DNA of 64,000 bases, from the NCBI GenBank assembly GCA_018662005.1, contig JABJHA010000044.1, positions 1,759 to 65,758 on the forward strand. The letters are read 5' to 3'. Below the pieces are notes generated by a model, which saw only the letters and a list, made by a program, of their open reading frames with translations, was not told where the DNA came from and did not search any database. Below, piece after piece: positions 63,514 through 64,000 of this stretch. Each line of letters opens with the position of its first letter. Position 1 is the stretch's first letter. The stretch comes from Rhodospirillaceae bacterium. GTDB lineage: Bacteria > Pseudomonadota > Alphaproteobacteria > Rhodospirillales > JABHCV01. Made by a program: the position numbers and the translations under genes.

Positions 63514-64000
63514 CTAAGCAACAGAACGGCCAGCGGCATGGTGATCATCGCCGCCACGGTTGTTGCGGTAATGGTGGCGGCGAGCAGGGCCGTATCGCCA
63601 CCCATCTGGCGGGCCAGCACGTATGATGTGGCCGAAACCGGTAGCGACGCATAAAGAACGGTGATTGTCAGCGACAAACCGCTGACTCCAAACAAATGGC
63701 AGGTCACAAAGGTGACGGCAGGCAAGGCAATAACTTTGGTTGCTGTGGTCAGCCCGACGGTCTTCCCTGCCCGGGCCATGGCATCAAAATCAAGCCCGGC
63801 GCCAACCGCAAGCAAGCCGATGGGCAGGGCGGCGCGGCCAAGGATTTCCAGGAATGGACTGATTAATGGCGGCCCGCCGATGCCGGTTACGTTGAGAATG
63901 ATGCCGACCCCGCAGGCCAGGATGAGGGGATTGCGCGCGACCGGACCCAATGTTTGCGACCAGCCGGGTATCTCTTCGTTATGGGCTGCGTGACGGACCA
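63510..64000 (-). CDS. AEC (auxin efflux carrier) family transporter, C-terminal half (partial; continues past the window edge)
   Basis: Hydrophobic repeats (ALPIGLLAVGAGL...). I checked that the frame stays open from 63950 to 64000, so the listed TTG start is not the real start. Confidence 0.7.
   Translation of the reverse strand, partial: VRHAAHNEEIPGWSQTLGPVARNPLILACGVGIILNVTGIGGPPLISPFLEILGRAALPIGLLAVGAGLDFDAMARAGKTVGLTTATKVIALPAVTFVTCHLFGVSGLSLTITVLYASLPVSATSYVLARQMGGDTALLAATITATTVAAMITMPLAVLLLS

Overview
This 64-kb chromosomal segment reads like a marine-type alphaproteobacterium. Supporting gene content: DivK and RpoH orthologues, purA-hisZ, plsY-dprA-topA-rnr and pyrB-pyrC blocks. 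I support about 50 protein genes, one intact tRNA-Glu(CUC), and rpmG, which the ORF track missed because it is only 55 aa. I saw no rRNA, CRISPR array, IS element, transposase or integrase. Many ORF-track N-termini are over-extended; where I give a later start, I checked the start codon and SD by eye.

Main blocks:
(1) 214-8858: a 2371-aa hybrid sensor kinase with four tandem periplasmic binding-protein domains plus a second Cache-like periplasmic module. It is followed by a single-domain response regulator and a receiver-fused class III nucleotidyl cyclase.
(2) 12.3-26.6 kb: a glycerol supercluster. It holds an ABC importer with a DUF2160-like small membrane protein, glpR, aerobic glpD, glpK and anaerobic glpCAB.
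(3) 26.65-30.69 kb: an accessory patch. It contains REP-like palindromic elements, a cassette bounded by 29-bp direct repeats, an orphan intrinsic terminator (possible sRNA), an MBL-fold hydrolase, and a 1.4-kb integrase-less islet. The islet is bounded by tRNA-Glu and a 51-bp copy of its 3' half, and carries two unrecognisable ORFs (one soluble, one membrane).
(4) Housekeeping genes interspersed with two unusual coupled pairs: a membrane-anchored pseudokinase-like protein with a polytopic partner (34.6-37.3 kb), and a ChaN/Tiki-PDZ protein with an M1 aminopeptidase (41.1-44.3 kb).

The best candidates for something undescribed are the tRNA-Glu islet cargo, the direct-repeat cassette, the pseudokinase pair and the architecture of the giant sensor. 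All functional interpretations of these are inference from sequence reading only; no searches were run.
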